From: Candidatus Latescibacterota bacterium
GTDB lineage: Bacteria; Latescibacterota; UBA2968; GCA-2709665
Reading direction: 5' to 3'
Assembly: GCA_965226795.1 (NCBI GenBank)
Contig: CBDDDZ010000004.1
Location: forward strand, 448,001-512,000
DNA: 64,000 nucleotides
Translations under genes and position numbers: made by a program
In this document: positions 59,994 through 64,000 of the stretch, piece by piece
Numbering within the stretch: the first letter of the stretch is position 1
Layout: each line of letters opens with the position of its first letter
The notes under the pieces: generated by a model
Databases searched by the model: none
Told to the model about the DNA's origin: nothing
What the model saw: only the letters and a program-made list of their open reading frames with translations

Positions 59994-61972
59994 TGGAGCC
60001 GAGAGCCCGGCCTGTGATGCAAGAAAACCGGGTATCCAATCCAGCGGCCGGCGATGGACTGTCGCTTCGCGCGTTGCTGATCGGGCTTGGTCTGTGCGCC
60101 CTTCTGGGTGTCTGGCTGACCTACAACCGGATGGTGGTCCAGGGTCCCTTTATGGGCTGGTATTTTCTGGACCGGGGCGTGCTGTTCCTCTTCTTCTGTC
60201 TGGTGGTGCTGCTGAACCCGTTGCTTGGCCTGCTGAAACGCCGTTACGCCCTGGGCCGGGGCGAGTTGCTGGCCATTTATGCCATGTTGCTGCTCCTGAT
60301 GCCGGCATGGTCGATGAGCAAGGCCTTGCTTGGGTTCATGACCGGCGTGACTTACTACGCCTCCCCTGAGATGCGTCACCTGGAGGCGGTGCTGCCCTAT
60401 TCGCTACCGTGGCTTTCGATCCTGGACGTCGAGCCGGTCAGGGGGCTGTACGAAGGATTGCCGAAGGGCGGTTCCGTCCCCTGGTGGGCGTGGGTGGTTC
60501 CCCTGTGGAGTTGGGGATCTTTCCTGGTCGCGCTATTTGTGGTTCTGGGTTGCCTGGCGGTGGTCTTGCGGAAGCAGTGGGAGGAGCATGAGCGTTTCGC
60601 CTTCCCGATCATGCAGGTACCCATGGCGATGGGCGAACGCGGAGAAGGTGTGATAGGACCGCTGTTCCGCAGCCGGATGATGTGGTCGGGATTCGCGATT
60701 CCGTTCGCCATCGGTTCGATGAATGCGCTTCACAGCCGTTTCCACACCCTGCCCAGGATGAGCCTGCGGTCGGTGATCTGGATCTTCAGGCGCGCGATAC
60801 CTCTGTCAATACGCCTTAACTTCGCCCTCCTGGGCTATGCCTATTTCGTGAACCTGGACGTGAGTCTCAGCATCTGGCTCCTGAATGTAATTTCGAAATG
60901 TATAAACGGCGTGATGGCAATGCTGGGTGCGGATCGATACGGCGTGTCGGGGATGGTGGGACGGCACAGCTCCCAGGGGTCGGAATTCCTGGCGTTTATG
61001 GGCATGGGGTATATGCTGGCGCTGGCCGGCTACAGCCTGTGGATTGCCCGGGACCATTTGAAGGACGTTTGGGCGAAGGCTTTGGGCCGCCCGTCCGACC
61101 TGGACGACTCGGAGGAAGTGATACCCTATCGTACGGCGGTGGCCTGTGTGTTGACGGGGACGCTGTATCTGGGATGCTGGCTCTACCAGGCGGGGCTGTC
61201 ACCGCCTGTAATCGCATTCCTGTTCATCGCCTGCTTTGTTGTCTTTCTCGTCCTTGCGCGGATCGTGAGCGAAACCGGCTATGCCGCGACCTATTCTCCG
61301 CTGAATCCATCCGAGTTTGTGGTTTGCGCGGTCGGTTCTTCAGCGTTCGGTCCCACGGGTCTGGTAACCGTAGGGATGAGTTACGTCTGGACGATGACCC
61401 GGTTGAATACCATCATGCCCCGTGCCTCGGCGGCGCTCAGGTTGGCTCGGGAAATGGGAAGGACGCAGGGATTGATCTGGGCGATGGGCGCGGCCCTTGC
61501 GGTGGGCCTGGTGGTCGCAAGCCATACGACCCTGGAACTGGGGTACGCGCACGGAGGGCGGAATCTCGACTATTGGTTGGGGGACGTAAACGACGCCGCC
61601 CTTCCGTTTGACGAATACGTGGGACGCCGCCTGTTGGATCCGAGCCCGGTCTTCTATCGAGGGTTTGTATACACGGGATTCGGCGTGGGCATCGCCGCGC
61701 TTCTGATGGTGCTGCGAACACGGCTGCCCTGGTGGCCCCTGCACCCCGTGGCCCTGCCGGTGAGCACGATCTGGATGACGGAGCACTATTATTTCAGCGT
61801 CTTTCTGGCATGGGGAATCAAGGCGCTGGTGATGAAGTTCGGCGGAGCGACTCTGTACAGGAGAACCAGGCCGTTCTTCATCGGGATCATCCTGGGAGAG
61901 GCGGTCTGCCTGGGGACGTGGAGCCTGATCGACTTTGCCACCGGAAAGGTGGGAAACATGTCCCTGCTGTAA
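59994..61972 (+). CDS. DUF6785/DUF6784-like polytopic membrane protein, paralog 2
   Basis: Collinear and highly similar to the 55839 ORF. Start 59994 or 60017. Confidence 0.8.
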
Positions 61973-62029
61973 TGAACGACAACCTGCCTGTCAATCAACG
62001 GATCACTTCATTCAAAAGGAGTCCTAATC

Positions 62030-62947
62030 ATGCTGACTCAGGAACAGATCGACTTCTACCGGGCCAACGGCTATCTGGGACTTGAGAACGTTCTCTCACA
62101 AGCGGAGGTCGGAGAACTTCGCCGGGTCACGGACGCGTTCGTTGACGCGTCTCGACAGGTCACCAGAACCGACCACGTATTCGACCTGGAACCAAGCCAT
62201 ACGCCTGAAAACCCGCAGTTGCGCCGTCTCATCGACCCGTCCAGGCAGCACGACGTGTACGCCCGCGGCCTGCGCCACGAAAAGATCCTCGACATCACCG
62301 CACAGCTCATCGGTCGCGGCATCCGGACAAACGGGGATAAGCTCAACATGAAATCCGCGGAGGTGGGCAGCCCGGTGGAATGGCATCAGGACTGGGCGTT
62401 CTACCCCCACACCAACGACGATCTTCTCGCCGTTGGCGTCGCGATAGACGACATGAACAGGGAAAACGGCTGCCTTCTGGTCATTCCTGGATCTCACCGG
62501 GGTCGCATCTACGACCACCACCTCAACGGCCGCTTTGCCGGCGCGGTCACAGAACCGGATTTCACTGGCGACGGCGCCGTACCGATCGAACTCAATGCCG
62601 GCGGCATCTCCATCCACCACGTCCGAATGTTGCATGGCTCAGCCCCGAATACGTCCGGCAAGCCTCGCCGTCTCCTCCTGTGTATGTATTGTGCCGTGGA
62701 TGCCTGGCCGCTGGTTCAGCCCATAAATAGCTGGGAGGATTTCAACGGCAAAATTCTCCGCGGTGAACCGACCCGCGAACCACGCCTGGTCGACGTTCCC
62801 GTCCGGGTACCGCTACCCCCTGCCGAGCGTCGTGGGTCCATTTATGAAATTCAGACCGTCCTCGAGTCGAGCAAGGTAACTCCCGGCGATGTCGGAACTC
62901 CGAGTAAAATCTCCTCGATTCTTTCAGGAGAAGACAAAGTTGCGTGA
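62030..62947 (+). CDS. Phytanoyl-CoA dioxygenase (PhyH) family
   Basis: WHQDW, ENGCLLVIPGSH and LHGSAPN; RBS AGGAG. Confidence 0.92.
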   Translation: MLTQEQIDFYRANGYLGLENVLSQAEVGELRRVTDAFVDASRQVTRTDHVFDLEPSHTPENPQLRRLIDPSRQHDVYARGLRHEKILDITAQLIGRGIRTNGDKLNMKSAEVGSPVEWHQDWAFYPHTNDDLLAVGVAIDDMNRENGCLLVIPGSHRGRIYDHHLNGRFAGAVTEPDFTGDGAVPIELNAGGISIHHVRMLHGSAPNTSGKPRRLLLCMYCAVDAWPLVQPINSWEDFNGKILRGEPTREPRLVDVPVRVPLPPAERRGSIYEIQTVLESSKVTPGDVGTPSKISSILSGEDKVA

Positions 62948-63911
62948 TTTTCCGTCAAAAAACGAGGTCACCATCTGTTTTGCCGTTACCTATCAGATGG
63001 CGGCCAGGTTTGAGAAGCGTGAGTCCGGTATCAGCCACTACCAGGCGTGGACGCCGGATGAGGTGGCCGAGCGAATCGGCGAGGTTGTCGTGTTCGTGGG
63101 TTACGGATTCTGGCGCAACGATCTGCTTGACCTCGCGCCTCGGCTCAGGTTGATCCAATCAATCGGCTCGGGGTACGACGTGTTTCCATTGGATGAGTTG
63201 AGGACACGGGGCATCCGGCTTACCAGTTCCCAGGGTGTGAACAGGAACGCCGTGAGTGAGCACGCGATGGCGCTTATTCTGGCGTTTGCCCGACACATCC
63301 ACACCGGACGGGACAACCAGCGCCGGCGCCACTGGCGCGGAATGATCTCGGACCTGTCGCGGCGAGAGGACGAACTGGGTGGAAAGACGATGCTGATCGT
63401 GGGGATGGGAGGTATCGGCTCCAGGCTGGCAGCGCTGGCCAGGGCGTTCGATATGCGCGTCCTTGCCACGAAGCGGGACCCGGCGACCGCCCTGGGACCG
63501 GCGGACGAAGTGCATACGCCGGACCGGCTGCGGGACCTGCTGCCGCAGGCGGACTACGTCGTCTTGACCTGTCCGCTGACGCCGGAGACGGAGAAGATTA
63601 TCGACGCAGAGGCCCTGTCTGCGATGAAGAGCTCTTCGTGTCTGATCAATGTGGCTCGGGGCAGGTGCGTTGATGAGCCGGCGCTGTTGGAAGCGGTACG
63701 CAGCGGGTCGATAGGGGGTGCCGGGATCGACCTTTTGTGGGACGAGCCGCTGCAGGAGGACTCGCCGTTTTGGGACGTAGAGAATGTGGTGATCACGCCC
63801 CACACCGCGGGCCAGACCCGGATGTACGAGGAGAATACAATCGATATTCTGTTGGAGAACCTGGAACGGCTGTGGCGTGGGGAGGTGGAACTGCGTAACC
63901 AGGTTCTGTAG
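62940..63911 (+). CDS. D-2-hydroxyacid dehydrogenase
   Basis: GMGGIG, INVARG, EPL and TPHTAG motifs; TTG 62940 follows AGGAG. Confidence 0.92.
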   Translation: MRDFPSKNEVTICFAVTYQMAARFEKRESGISHYQAWTPDEVAERIGEVVVFVGYGFWRNDLLDLAPRLRLIQSIGSGYDVFPLDELRTRGIRLTSSQGVNRNAVSEHAMALILAFARHIHTGRDNQRRRHWRGMISDLSRREDELGGKTMLIVGMGGIGSRLAALARAFDMRVLATKRDPATALGPADEVHTPDRLRDLLPQADYVVLTCPLTPETEKIIDAEALSAMKSSSCLINVARGRCVDEPALLEAVRSGSIGGAGIDLLWDEPLQEDSPFWDVENVVITPHTAGQTRMYEENTIDILLENLERLWRGEVELRNQVL

Positions 63912-64000
63912 ACGGGGGCCCTCACCCGCCCGGCTGTGGCGGGCAGGGCATGAATAATTGGATCTTGTGTACGGAGAATATGGGTATGGTGAGGTTAGAG

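Noticed and set aside
1..64000. CRISPR array, rRNA, tRNA
   Set aside because: No regularly spaced repeats or recognisable RNA gene motifs were seen by eye.

Overview
GC-rich bacterial window. The gene content (paralogous DUF6785/DUF6784-like membrane proteins, PhyH dioxygenases, many beta-propeller and GH42-like hydrolases) suggests a Latescibacterota/Poribacteria-like heterotroph; this is inference only. There are three parts. (1) 1-21.4 kb: catabolic hydrolase genes, a complete minus-strand group II intron (1043-3045) inserted at the centre of a palindrome, and a vapBC-type toxin-antitoxin (TA) pair. (2) About 21.8-41.7 kb: a visibly more AT-rich defence island built on a gutted type I restriction-modification (R-M) scaffold. 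hsdM lacks its SAM-binding and catalytic motifs, hsdR lacks the helicase motor, and hsdS has a 25-bp tandem duplication. The scaffold carries apparently intact cargo: a GmrSD-like nuclease, a tightly coupled five-gene cassette (unknown helical protein, TIR, Nmad2, MazG+MazG_C, UDG-like), a 1023-aa nuclease-NTPase-helical protein (Avs/STAND-like), an Mrr-like nuclease, an AlbA/HATPase protein and a DUF4411 PIN protein. (3) 41.9-64 kb: more catabolic genes, a second TA pair, a frameshifted HIRAN gene and a transporter-hydrolase-transporter module. The best candidate for an uncharacterised system is the TIR-Nmad2-MazG-UDG cassette (26.4-29.9 kb). No rRNA, tRNA or CRISPR array was seen. All family assignments come from motif recognition by eye, not database searches.
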